The translations under genes were made by a program, and so were the position numbers. From Terriglobales bacterium (GTDB lineage: Bacteria > Acidobacteriota > Terriglobia > Terriglobales > Acidobacteriaceae): 64,000 nucleotides of DNA. Under the pieces are notes generated by a model, which searched no databases, was not told where the DNA came from, and saw only the letters and a list, made by a program, of their open reading frames with translations. This document shows positions 1 to 7,638 of this stretch, piece by piece. The stretch is taken from assembly GCA_035454605.1 (NCBI GenBank), contig DATIGQ010000081.1:6151-70150 (forward strand). The letters run 5' to 3'. The stretch's first letter is position 1. Each line of letters opens with the position of its first letter.

Positions 1-2
1 GA

Positions 3-3000
3 CTACATCGCGCGACGCGCGGTGACTTCCACTCCCAGCAATGCGGCGGTAGCGGCGAGCGTGTCGGAGGCGTTGGCGGGGTCACGGCCCACGCGCAGGT
101 ACATGGTTTCGCCAGGCGCACACCCGGAAATGGTGGCACCGGTGAGCACCGCGGAGTTCCGCTGGTTAGCGGTGGCGTTATTGGCGTCGGCGACGGTCTG
201 CTCGCTGTTGTACGTGGGGCTGAGCAGATCTTCGCCGTCGGCCAGGCATGCGGTACGGAGCGTCCAAACCACGGAATTGGTCGAGGCAGAACCGGAAAAC
301 CAGATGAACTTCACGTCGACGCCGCCGGTCGAGGTCCAGTCGGCGGGCAAGGTGACGTGGAAGGTGGCGGTGAGGGCGGAGCCATCGGCGAAGTCGAGCG
401 CGCCAAAGCGGTGCGGCGACGTACCGTAGCAGGAGGCCGCGGGGGCACTCGAGGTGGGCAGATCGAAGCTGGGGGCTGCGGTCGAGTTGTTGCAGCCTGC
501 AGCCGAAAGCCAGAACCTGGCAGGATAGCTCACGGTGTTGCCGGCGGCTTCGGCATCAAGCGTCTTGTTGGTGAGCGTGTCGGCGGTGTCGCGTCCCACG
601 ATGGTGTCGCTGGAGGTGAAGGGGACCATGTTGGCGGTGGGGCCGATCCCGGTCTCAACATACAGATTCTTGATCGACGCTGCGGCCGTGCCCATGTCGT
701 ACGTATTGTCTTCGTTCGGGAAGAAGATCCCGGAACCGTCGATATACCAGCGGTTTCCAACACCGATTTCGCCGAAGGCCAGCCTGGCTCCGTCCGCGTC
801 ATTACAGAAGTAGAAGTCGTCCGTGGCAGCGCCAGCCTTCAGGAAGATGCACGCCTGGGCAGACGTTCCGGTGTCGGTGTTTTCCACGGTAAAGGCGGTA
901 TTCGCGTTCTGCGTCTTGGAAAGTGTCTGTGCTTCGGTGAAGGTTTGCGCCAGGTTCAGGATGGCAAGCGTGCCATCTGCATTGGGCGGTGCCAGGGTTC
1001 GGGTGGTGGCGGTAGTGAACCCGGAAATCTGGAAGGCCAGTTTCTTGGTGGAGTCCACGTCATCCGTCACCCGGAAGGTGTTATCGGCGAACTCCGGTCC
1101 GCCACCACCGCCCTGATCGGCCGTGCAGGTGATGACGCCGGCGGAGGAGATGGCGCTGACCTTGTCGGTGCCCGAACAGGTGAGCGGCTGGACGGTAGCC
1201 GAATCGGCGTTGGGGATGGTCACCGTGCGGTTGGCGGTGGGGTCGGTGATGGAGAAAGTGGTCTTGAAGGAATCGAGGGTAGAGCCTTCGAACTCCAGGT
1301 TGCCGCCGAAGTGCACCAGGCCGGTCCCGCTATGAAGCGCGTAGTTGGTCGAGCCTGCGGTCTGATTGTCGATCTTGATGCCGTAGTTGGTGGTCACCGT
1401 GCCCGCAGAACGGGCATTCGACTCAACCCACAGGCCCATCATGTCGCTGACGGTGGTGCCCGCGACCGACATATCCACGTAACTGTTGAGGCCGACCGCC
1501 TTGGAGACGTTCCCGGCCGAGCCCTGAACATAGGTGCTGGCCTGAATCGCCTTCATGATGGTGACCAGACCGGGCGCCTCGTGGATCGCCCTGCCGTCTA
1601 CGCCGATGACATTGCCCTTGGTTCCGGAGGTGTGCACCGCTACCCCGATGCCGGCCAGTCCCATGGTGACGGCGGCGGTGGTGTTGTCCTGGTGCAGTCC
1701 GGTAAAGCCCACCGAGTCGGTGGCTGCGCCATTCAGCACCGCAGCAAAATCGTGCGTGTCGTTCAAGGCCGTCTGTGAGGTGGCTGCGAAGCTCGCGATG
1801 GTGGGCCCTACGCGAGTTCGGCCGGCGCCGAAGTAGTCCCGGGGCCGGTTGGCGACGCTGGCGCCGATGTCGCGGGCATTGTCGGCCGCGAACAGCAGGT
1901 CGGCGGCACCCACGCTCATCGAACCGGAGGAGAATGACAGGGTGGGATCGGTGACTCCGGCGTCGAAGGTCCAGGTGAAACCGGAAGCGTTGCCGAAGGT
2001 GACCGAGCGAATGTCGGTGGTGGTGATCTTGGCCGTGATGTCATCCGGGGCCGGCACCGTGTCGAGCGCGAATTTGACCGGAACATCGTTGCCGGCGATG
2101 GCGCCATCTTTGAAGTTGGCGTCGGTGGCCGGTGCAGCGTTAACGGCGACACTGTCGCCGGAGCCGCCGGCTCCGCCGTCGTCGTCCGAGCAGACGATCT
2201 GATTGGTGGCGTTGATGGTCAGCGCGCCGCCGTTCACGTTCGCGGAGCAGTTGCCCACGACATTCCACTCAGGGACGTAGTTGGCGGTGAGGTTCTGCGC
2301 CTGCTTCAGCGCGAAATAGTTGCTACGGTCGGGGTCGTACCAGCGCAGCTCGCTCCCGACCGCGAGCGAACCCGTCAGAGTGAGATCGGCCTTCAGCCCG
2401 ACTTCCTTCCATTGCGGCGGGTTTACGCCGTCGCCGCGTATCAGGTGAATGACCTGGCCGCTGGCCAGCGTCCGATTCACGCCTCCTTCGAGGGCGATAT
2501 TCGAGTTGTTGGCGATGGTGGTGTTGGAATCCCCTGAATAGATGATGAGTAGCTGGCCTATGGATGACCCCGTGAAATCCGTAATGACGGTGGGGGAAGT
2601 GTTGGCGGTCTTCCAGACACTGAAACCCGCGACCGAGGGCGTGGCCGAGTTCGTGGCCAGTACAGGGACGGCCTCGGTGTTGTCGTTGCGGGAGGGCGGG
2701 ATCATCGTCCCGGAGCCCAGGTCGAAATTCCTCCCGACCGCGACCCTGGTTCCTGCTCCGCTCGCTCCATACGAGATGGGCAACTGCATGGGCTTGACGA
2801 GGAAGTTCCCGATGGTGGTGTTGCCGTCGGTCCAGTTGTCGGTGGCCAGAGAGCCGCCCACCACGATGCCGTAGTCCGAACGGTCGCCTGCTCCTTCGAG
2901 CGAGCGCACCGTGTTGCCGGTGACATAGATCCTCGTCTTGTTGACCAACTCTATGCCCGCCCACGCACCGCTCACCCCAAGCGTCCGGCTGACGCCGTTG

Positions 3001-4475
3001 AATCCGAAACCGTCGATCAGGTTCCCGTGAATGAACACGTCCTGCGTCGAGCTTCCTGCCAGCACGATTCCCTGGCCATAGCAGCGGTAGAGCGAGTTTT
3101 GGATAACCGCAACACGCACCGCGCCCGTGCTCTGACCCAACTGGATGCAGGGATTGCTCTGCGTGGCGGAAATCTGCCCCACGTCGCGGATGGTGTTCCC
3201 GATGACTACGTTCCAACCCGTCTGCGCCGTGTTGTTTTCAAGGGAGATGGCAGAGTTCCTGGTTTCGTCGAAGGTATTGCCCTTGATGAGCGAGTTCATT
3301 CCGGCGAACTCCACGCCCATATTGCCCATCTTGTAGAAGTGGTTATCCGCGATGGTAGCGTTCGATACCCCGCCGGAAAAAGCGTTGATGCCGTCCCAGG
3401 CGCCGTTGATGAACCAGTTGCCCCTGGCTTGGTTATTGCGCGACTGAGGTTCTGTCCCTACGTTGCCGCCAGAGAAGTTGATCCCCGCGCCACCCAGCTT
3501 CTCGAACATTACGCCGACGATGCTGGAGTTCGAGAGGGCGGCAGTCGCTGCATTCGGCCCGAACAGGATGCCGTAAGTCGGACCCTGCGCGTCACATCCG
3601 CTTACTGGCGACCCCTGCGGATTCTCGCCGGCAAATTTGAAGGCGCGCAGATGGACATTCTCGGTACTGGCGGCATCGTTTCCGAGTTTGACGTATGCCA
3701 GCTTGTTGCTGGCGCAGGCCCAAGTGGTGATGTGCAGCACGGTCTTGTCGCCCATCCCTTCGACGGCGACATCGCTGGAGGTGACGGCGAGGGCCGGCGA
3801 GCTACCCGTGACGGCCAGTTCGAACGTGGCCGCCCCGAGCAAGAGGTGGACGGGGCGGTCGATAGTCAGCGTGGAAGAGATGGTCTGCGCGCCTTGGATG
3901 CCGCGCGCGTCGGCTATCCCGCCGGTGGAAGGCAGCGAGTTGATACAGGCCTGGATTTTGGCGCCGGCATCGGTACCGCTGAACACATCGCAGAGACGGA
4001 TGTTGTGAAAGCTGCTGTTGGTAGTGGTGACGTTGGCGATGGCGTTATCCACGTACTGCCGCGAGGCCACCTGCATGGCCACACCCGAGGACACAATGCT
4101 GGCGCGCACCGCGGCGATGGTGGTGGGCGAAGTCGCCGGCACGCTCCAGAGCTCTTGGCTGGTGGAACCGTCGTCGAGTTGGTAGACCACCTTGTAGAAG
4201 CTGCCTGGGGGCGTGGCGCCTTCGTTGGGCACCAGGCTGACGTTGAGCGTGCCGCCGGAGCCGAGCGTGACGCTCTTCGAACCTGCGGCCACGGTTTTTC
4301 CTTCCGCCGTTTCGAAGGCGGGCCAGGTGATGAACAGCGTGCCGCCTGCCGGAGTGCTGTCGGCGCGATAGACCACGTCAACGATGGCGGTGGTCACAGG
4401 GCCCTGGGCCCGTACCGGTGGTGTGAGACCGGCGGCGAGTGCGATGGAGATCAGGCAGTAGAGAATTCGCTTCAT
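3..4475 (-). CDS. Very large (1490 aa) secreted right-handed beta-helix protein with phage tailspike/tail-fibre-like segments
   Basis: Complete ORF (ATG at 4475, TAG at 3-5). Sec-type signal MKRILYCLISIALAAGLTPPVRAQ. Pectate_lyase_3-like entry motif FSGTDAGAKIQACINSLPSTGGIADARG, followed by many NxxIxGN-type beta-helix rungs. Later tail-fibre-like segments: FSITDPTANRTVTIPNADSATV, FRVTDDVDSTKKLAFQISGFTTATTRTLAPPNADGTLA, NTYDMGTAAASIKNLYV. Strong GC3 bias. The CDS call is solid; the function is inferred. Confidence 0.8.
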   Translation of the reverse strand: MKRILYCLISIALAAGLTPPVRAQGPVTTAIVDVVYRADSTPAGGTLFITWPAFETAEGKTVAAGSKSVTLGSGGTLNVSLVPNEGATPPGSFYKVVYQLDDGSTSQELWSVPATSPTTIAAVRASIVSSGVAMQVASRQYVDNAIANVTTTNSSFHNIRLCDVFSGTDAGAKIQACINSLPSTGGIADARGIQGAQTISSTLTIDRPVHLLLGAATFELAVTGSSPALAVTSSDVAVEGMGDKTVLHITTWACASNKLAYVKLGNDAASTENVHLRAFKFAGENPQGSPVSGCDAQGPTYGILFGPNAATAALSNSSIVGVMFEKLGGAGINFSGGNVGTEPQSRNNQARGNWFINGAWDGINAFSGGVSNATIADNHFYKMGNMGVEFAGMNSLIKGNTFDETRNSAISLENNTAQTGWNVVIGNTIRDVGQISATQSNPCIQLGQSTGAVRVAVIQNSLYRCYGQGIVLAGSSTQDVFIHGNLIDGFGFNGVSRTLGVSGAWAGIELVNKTRIYVTGNTVRSLEGAGDRSDYGIVVGGSLATDNWTDGNTTIGNFLVKPMQLPISYGASGAGTRVAVGRNFDLGSGTMIPPSRNDNTEAVPVLATNSATPSVAGFSVWKTANTSPTVITDFTGSSIGQLLIIYSGDSNTTIANNSNIALEGGVNRTLASGQVIHLIRGDGVNPPQWKEVGLKADLTLTGSLAVGSELRWYDPDRSNYFALKQAQNLTANYVPEWNVVGNCSANVNGGALTINATNQIVCSDDDGGAGGSGDSVAVNAAPATDANFKDGAIAGNDVPVKFALDTVPAPDDITAKITTTDIRSVTFGNASGFTWTFDAGVTDPTLSFSSGSMSVGAADLLFAADNARDIGASVANRPRDYFGAGRTRVGPTIASFAATSQTALNDTHDFAAVLNGAATDSVGFTGLHQDNTTAAVTMGLAGIGVAVHTSGTKGNVIGVDGRAIHEAPGLVTIMKAIQASTYVQGSAGNVSKAVGLNSYVDMSVAGTTVSDMMGLWVESNARSAGTVTTNYGIKIDNQTAGSTNYALHSGTGLVHFGGNLEFEGSTLDSFKTTFSITDPTANRTVTIPNADSATVQPLTCSGTDKVSAISSAGVITCTADQGGGGGPEFADNTFRVTDDVDSTKKLAFQISGFTTATTRTLAPPNADGTLAILNLAQTFTEAQTLSKTQNANTAFTVENTDTGTSAQACIFLKAGAATDDFYFCNDADGARLAFGEIGVGNRWYIDGSGIFFPNEDNTYDMGTAAASIKNLYVETGIGPTANMVPFTSSDTIVGRDTADTLTNKTLDAEAAGNTVSYPARFWLSAAGCNNSTAAPSFDLPTSSAPAASCYGTSPHRFGALDFADGSALTATFHVTLPADWTSTGGVDVKFIWFSGSASTNSVVWTLRTACLADGEDLLSPTYNSEQTVADANNATANQRNSAVLTGATISGCAPGETMYLRVGRDPANASDTLAATAALLGVEVTARRAM

Positions 4476-4559
4476 GGCGGTTGGCTATTGGCTCTTGGCG
4501 GCTGGCCAGTTCACCTGGCGTTCAGCACTTAGCATTAAGCACTTGGCACCTGGCCAGCG
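4476..4559. repeat. 7-nt periodic degenerate tandem array (12 heptads) directly abutting the start codon of the giant gene
   Basis: Read directly: ggcggtt ggctatt ggctctt ggcggct ggccagt tcacctg gcgttca gcactta gcattaa gcacttg gcacctg gccagcg. Confidence 0.8.
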
Positions 4560-4658
4560 ACGACGCTTGGGAGACCTAGGGGCAAACACCCGTGCGGCCC
4601 AGAGTAGCCGCCCCGCGGCTGAATGCCAGGTGCTAATTGCTAGATGCGGTTTAGAAGG

Positions 4659-5111
4659 CTACTTCTCGGCCTGGGCATAGTCGCGGAGGAAGCTCTCGAC
4701 GCTTTCGACGTACACGTCGGCGAAATCCACGACCGGCCGGCGGATCTGGATGAGATCGAGGGCGGCATCGAGCTCCCAGCCGATGGCGCGCAGCAGGGCC
4801 AGGGCCATCATGGGGGCCCGGTGGATACCGGCGGCACAGTGGATGAGCAGCCGGGCTTCCGGGTCATCGAGGGCGCGGAGGCCGAACTCCACGCCACGCT
4901 GGAAGACCTCCGGCGGCTTGGGCTGGAAGTCATCTTCCATGGGGTTCCACAGCACTTCGACGCCGAAGGGTTCGGCGAGCAGGGTGTCGTCGAACTCAAT
5001 CTGCATGTCGATGATGTGGGTGACGCCCTGGCGGACGACCTCCATCATGCGTCGCTCATCCCAGATGGCGCCGCCGACCGCGATGCGGTCGGTCACCCAA
5101 GTCAGATCCAT
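4659..5111 (-). CDS. Dual-specificity (Cys-based) protein phosphatase
   Basis: 150 aa with the HCxxGxxR P-loop (IHCAAGIHRAP). The N-terminal VTDRIAVGG and the overall size fit the DSPc fold. Confidence 0.85.
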   Translation of the reverse strand: MDLTWVTDRIAVGGAIWDERRMMEVVRQGVTHIIDMQIEFDDTLLAEPFGVEVLWNPMEDDFQPKPPEVFQRGVEFGLRALDDPEARLLIHCAAGIHRAPMMALALLRAIGWELDAALDLIQIRRPVVDFADVYVESVESFLRDYAQAEK

Positions 5112-5170
5112 GAATCAGCTCGCGTCCGGCGGCGTAGGCCGCAGAAGAACACCGCGAGTCTGATTCTACC

Positions 5171-5524
5171 CTATGCATCCGTGGACTCCGCCGGCGGCCT
5201 GACTTCTTCGACAGCGATGCTGCCGAGACGGTCGAGGAGAATCTCCGCGAACGAGGGACCGGCCGCTTCCGGAGGCAGGGCGCCGGGCGCGAGGCCGGCG
5301 AACTCGAACAGGAAGCGGGCGTGCTGATGGCTCGCCTGGGACTGCTCGGCAAGGCCGGCGATGATCGCGGGCAGGGCGCGCAGCACCTGCTGCTGGGCGG
5401 ACTCGAGCGCCGCCTGTGGCGAAATGGGAACGACGAGCTCGGGCGGAGCGGGCGTCGGCGTGGCATCCGAAGCCTTGCCGTTCAGGGGTCCGTGCTTGTG
5501 CTTTCCGTTCTTGTGCGGTCTCAT
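5171..5524 (-). CDS. Hypothetical protein (117 aa), basic N-terminus, no recognisable domain
   Basis: Strong GC3 bias in this frame. No SD; the ATG lies in the U-tract of the upstream hairpin. No other Met in the ORF. Confidence 0.55.
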   Translation of the reverse strand: MRPHKNGKHKHGPLNGKASDATPTPAPPELVVPISPQAALESAQQQVLRALPAIIAGLAEQSQASHQHARFLFEFAGLAPGALPPEAAGPSFAEILLDRLGSIAVEEVRPPAESTDA

Positions 5525-5532
5525 AAAAGCGG

Positions 5533-5573
5533 AACGGGCGCCCGGCTGGGGCGCCCGTTTTCCCTTTTTCCTA
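5533..5573. terminator. 11-bp GC-rich hairpin with T-tracts on both sides (bidirectional terminator-like)
   Basis: aacgggcgccc-ggctg-gggcgcccgtt, followed on + by ttttccctttttcc. On the minus strand it is followed by ccgcttttATG, the start of the 117-aa ORF. Confidence 0.5.
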
Positions 5574-5629
5574 TCTTAAGTTCAGAATAACATACCGAAA
5601 AGGGTAAAAGGCGCATTTTTCTTTGAAGT

Positions 5630-6154
5630 TTATTTGCCCTCCCTTCTTTCGCTTAGCGTGAAAGTGACATTTTTTGGCTCTTGACACGCATCGGATGCCG
5701 GGCGAGGGTGCGGCTCCACATGGCCAGGCAAAGGAGGCATGAGACCGAGGTCGAGCAGCCTACGGCTCAGGCGATCGAGGGCTTTCGGATAGCCGCGGTT
5801 GATGGTGGCACGGTCACAACCGAGCAAAATCGCAGCTTCCTCGCGGGAATACTCTTCCAGCGTGATGCGGGCGATGAGCCTCTGGTCGAAGCGGTCGAGG
5901 CGGCCGAGGCAGCGCTCTACGTCATAGACAAAGATGACGATGTCCTCGAAGGTCGGGACGCGCAGGGTGCTCACGCTGGAACGGAAGAACTCACGGCCCA
6001 GAAGCGCCGGAAGCCGGCCGAGCTCGACGGACATGCGAAGGAAGCGCCGCAGGAGGGCAACGGTTCGTCCACGGTAATGAACAAGGTCGGAATTGGGACA
6101 GCGGACGCGATGCCGCCGGTGGCGGCGAATGCCAGGAACCAAGCGGCGGCTCAT
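5630..6154 (-). CDS. Sigma-70 region-4-like HTH protein (174 aa)
   Basis: C-terminal LIARITLEEYSREEAAILLGCDRATINRGYPKALDRLSRRL resembles a sigma70_r4/ECF HTH. There is no clear canonical region 2. ATG at 6154 is preceded by GGGAGG and overlaps the upstream ORF's stop by 4 nt (ATGA). Confidence 0.65.
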   Translation of the reverse strand: MSRRLVPGIRRHRRHRVRCPNSDLVHYRGRTVALLRRFLRMSVELGRLPALLGREFFRSSVSTLRVPTFEDIVIFVYDVERCLGRLDRFDQRLIARITLEEYSREEAAILLGCDRATINRGYPKALDRLSRRLLDLGLMPPLPGHVEPHPRPASDACQEPKNVTFTLSERREGK

Positions 6155-6330
6155 GCGCACCTCCCGGCACCGGCCAGGCGGCGGCGTTCGGCGGCCAGTT
6201 CCTCCCGGCGCGAGTAACACCGTCGACAGACGGAAAGCTGCTGCCCCTGCGGGCGGAGTCCGAGTGCTCCGCACTGTTCGCAATACTTGGGCTCGAGCAC
6301 CACGCTCTGCCCTGCTTCTGCTTGCGGCAT
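6151..6330 (-). CDS. Small zinc-ribbon protein (59 aa)
   Basis: CxxC...CxxC pattern (YCEQCG ... VCRRCY). ATG at 6330 is preceded by GGAGGA (ttGGAGGAaacgATG). The stop overlaps the next start, indicating translational coupling. Confidence 0.6.
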   Translation of the reverse strand: MPQAEAGQSVVLEPKYCEQCGALGLRPQGQQLSVCRRCYSRREELAAERRRLAGAGRCA

Positions 6331-6420
6331 CGTTTCCTCCAAAGCAAAAGAGCCCTGCCTCCAATCCGCGGGCGCGGAATGGAAGCAGGGCTCGTTGATG
6401 TTGCGACGACCTGCCGGACT

Positions 6421-6476
6421 ATTCAGTTGTCAGTGGTCAGCAGCTTCTAGCTTCTAGCTCCTGCCACGACCGCCGA
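6421..6476. repeat. 7-nt periodic array (8 heptads)
   Basis: attcagt tgtcagt ggtcagc agcttct agcttct agctcct gccacga ccgccga, between the DUF2292-like gene and the zinc-ribbon gene. Confidence 0.75.
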
Positions 6477-6481
6477 ATACT

Positions 6482-6703
6482 TCAAGGAATCATGCGGTCG
6501 TCCTTCTTTCGTGAAAAGTAGCCCTCCTCATAGCCGGACTTGAGCACGCGTCCGTTCTGGACCACGACGCTCAGCCGGCCGGTGAAGGCGAGGGCGGCGA
6601 GCAGGCGCTCGGTAGAGGCGGAGAGCATCTCCGAGTCGCGCACCTTGCGGCGGAACTCCAGGAAGACCTGCTCTTGGGGGCCCGATTCGGGTCGGGGGAT
6701 CAT
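6482..6703 (-). CDS. Small protein (73 aa), possibly YezD/DUF2292-like
   Basis: GGAG lies 7 nt upstream of the ATG. Strong GC3 bias. GRLSVVVQNGRVLKSGYEE resembles the DUF2292 'G-x-V-x-hhh-QdGrV' core; this comes from memory, not a search. Confidence 0.6.
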   Translation of the reverse strand: MIPRPESGPQEQVFLEFRRKVRDSEMLSASTERLLAALAFTGRLSVVVQNGRVLKSGYEEGYFSRKKDDRMIP

Positions 6704-6741
6704 GGATTCGCTCCGAACTGTGGGTTATACAATCCGTACGG

Positions 6742-6770
6742 AGCATATCTTGGTGCTTGAAACGTGTCAA
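6742..6770 (-). promoter_or_regulatory. Candidate sigma70 promoter for the minus-strand operon (TTGACA-17-TATGCT)
   Basis: The reverse complement of 6742-6770 reads TTGACAcgtttcaagcaccaagaTATGCT. This leaves a ~30-nt 5'UTR with GGAG before ATG 6703. Confidence 0.6.
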
Positions 6771-6773
6771 GCA
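6754..6773. promoter_or_regulatory. 20-bp near-perfect palindrome (18/20), candidate operator
   Basis: TGCTTGA-a-ACGT-g-TCAAGCA. It covers the -35 and part of the spacer of the minus-strand promoter. Confidence 0.55.
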
Positions 6774-6798
6774 TTTTATTTCCTTTGTGGAACAAGAC

Positions 6799-6827
6799 TT
6801 GCATTGCATATAGCGATTTGATATAAA
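6799..6827 (+). promoter_or_regulatory. Candidate sigma70 promoter for the repressor gene (TTGCAT-17-TATAAA), predicts a leaderless mRNA
   Basis: TTGCATtgcatatagcgatttgaTATAAAcagcccATG. Only 6 nt separate the -10 from the ATG and there is no SD. Confidence 0.6.
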
Positions 6828-6833
6828 CAGCCC

Positions 6834-7550
6834 ATGAAATTCAAGGCGCTGCAGGAGAATCTCCGCAAGGCGCTGTGGAAGCGCATCGAGGCCGGCGAAC
6901 TGACGGGGCTGAAGCTGGCCAAGCAGACCGGCTTCCAGCAAGCGCACATTTCCAATTTTTTGAACCGCAAGCGGTCGCTGAGCCTGGACGGCATGGATCG
7001 CGTGCTGGTGGCGCAGCACATGTCGGTGCTGGACCTGCTGGACCCGGACGAGATCAACAAGCGGGCTTCGATCGTGCCCCCCAGCGAGGACGAGTTCGAC
7101 AACGTTCTGCTGGTGGAGGGCACGGTGGCCGCGGGCGAGCCGCTGATCACGCAGGAGAACGTGAAAGAGATCCTGAAGTTCAAGAAGAACTTTCTGCGCA
7201 GGCTGCGGGCAGAGATGGAGTCGGCGCGCGACGACTGGCACCGCTTTGTGCTGGTAAAAGTGGACGCGCGTGAGGGCATGAGCATGTACCCGCGGCTGCT
7301 GCCGGACGCGATGGTGCTGATTGACCGCCACTACAACTCGCTGAAGCCCTACCGCAAGAATGAGCGCAACATGTACGCGGTGCGCAAGGACGACGGATGC
7401 ACCATCAAGTATGTCGAGGAGGCCGAGGGCCACTTGGTGCTCCGCCCGGAGAACCCCGCCTACCCGGTGGATGTGCTGGCCATCGAAGAGGGCAAGACCC
7501 AAGCCGACTACGTGGTGGGCCGCGTGTGCCACGTATCGATCGAGACCTGA
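6834..7550 (+). CDS. CI/LexA-like self-cleaving repressor (XRE-type HTH + S24 peptidase domain)
   Basis: 238 aa. N-terminal HTH (LKLAKQTGFQQAHISNFLNRKRSLS). LexA-type cleavage motif VAAGEP, Ser motif GMSMYP, and a downstream Lys (CTIKYV). Confidence 0.85.
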   Translation: MKFKALQENLRKALWKRIEAGELTGLKLAKQTGFQQAHISNFLNRKRSLSLDGMDRVLVAQHMSVLDLLDPDEINKRASIVPPSEDEFDNVLLVEGTVAAGEPLITQENVKEILKFKKNFLRRLRAEMESARDDWHRFVLVKVDAREGMSMYPRLLPDAMVLIDRHYNSLKPYRKNERNMYAVRKDDGCTIKYVEEAEGHLVLRPENPAYPVDVLAIEEGKTQADYVVGRVCHVSIET

Positions 7551-7571
7551 ACAGAACAGGGCGCAAACGCC

Positions 7572-7608
7572 AGAAGCCGCGGCGACCTGCCGCGGCTTCT
7601 TCATTTGC
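7572..7608 (+). terminator. Hairpin terminator after the repressor gene
   Basis: agaagccgcgg-cgacctg-ccgcggcttct followed by tcatttg. Confidence 0.5.
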
Positions 7609-7638
7609 AGAGGGCGGGGACCGGCAGCCTGCCGGCGG

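Noticed and set aside
3027-4532. 501-aa plus-strand ORF opposite the giant beta-helix gene. The same applies to other long antisense ORFs: 357-1778, 6528-7604, 11390-12877, 12887-14110, 16047-17357, 24943-25770, 26249-27340, 27433-28740, 31001-31942, 45281-46645, 50053-51153, 51065-52180, 53938-55782, 58642-60069, 60104-61279 and 61378-62220.
   Set aside because: These are shadow ORFs typical of high-GC DNA. Their translations are Arg/Gly/Ala/His/Pro-rich with no recognisable motifs. The opposite strand in each case encodes a protein with clear family signatures and GC3 bias, for example rpsB/tsf, fabZ/lpxA, GH3, pyrB and kbl.
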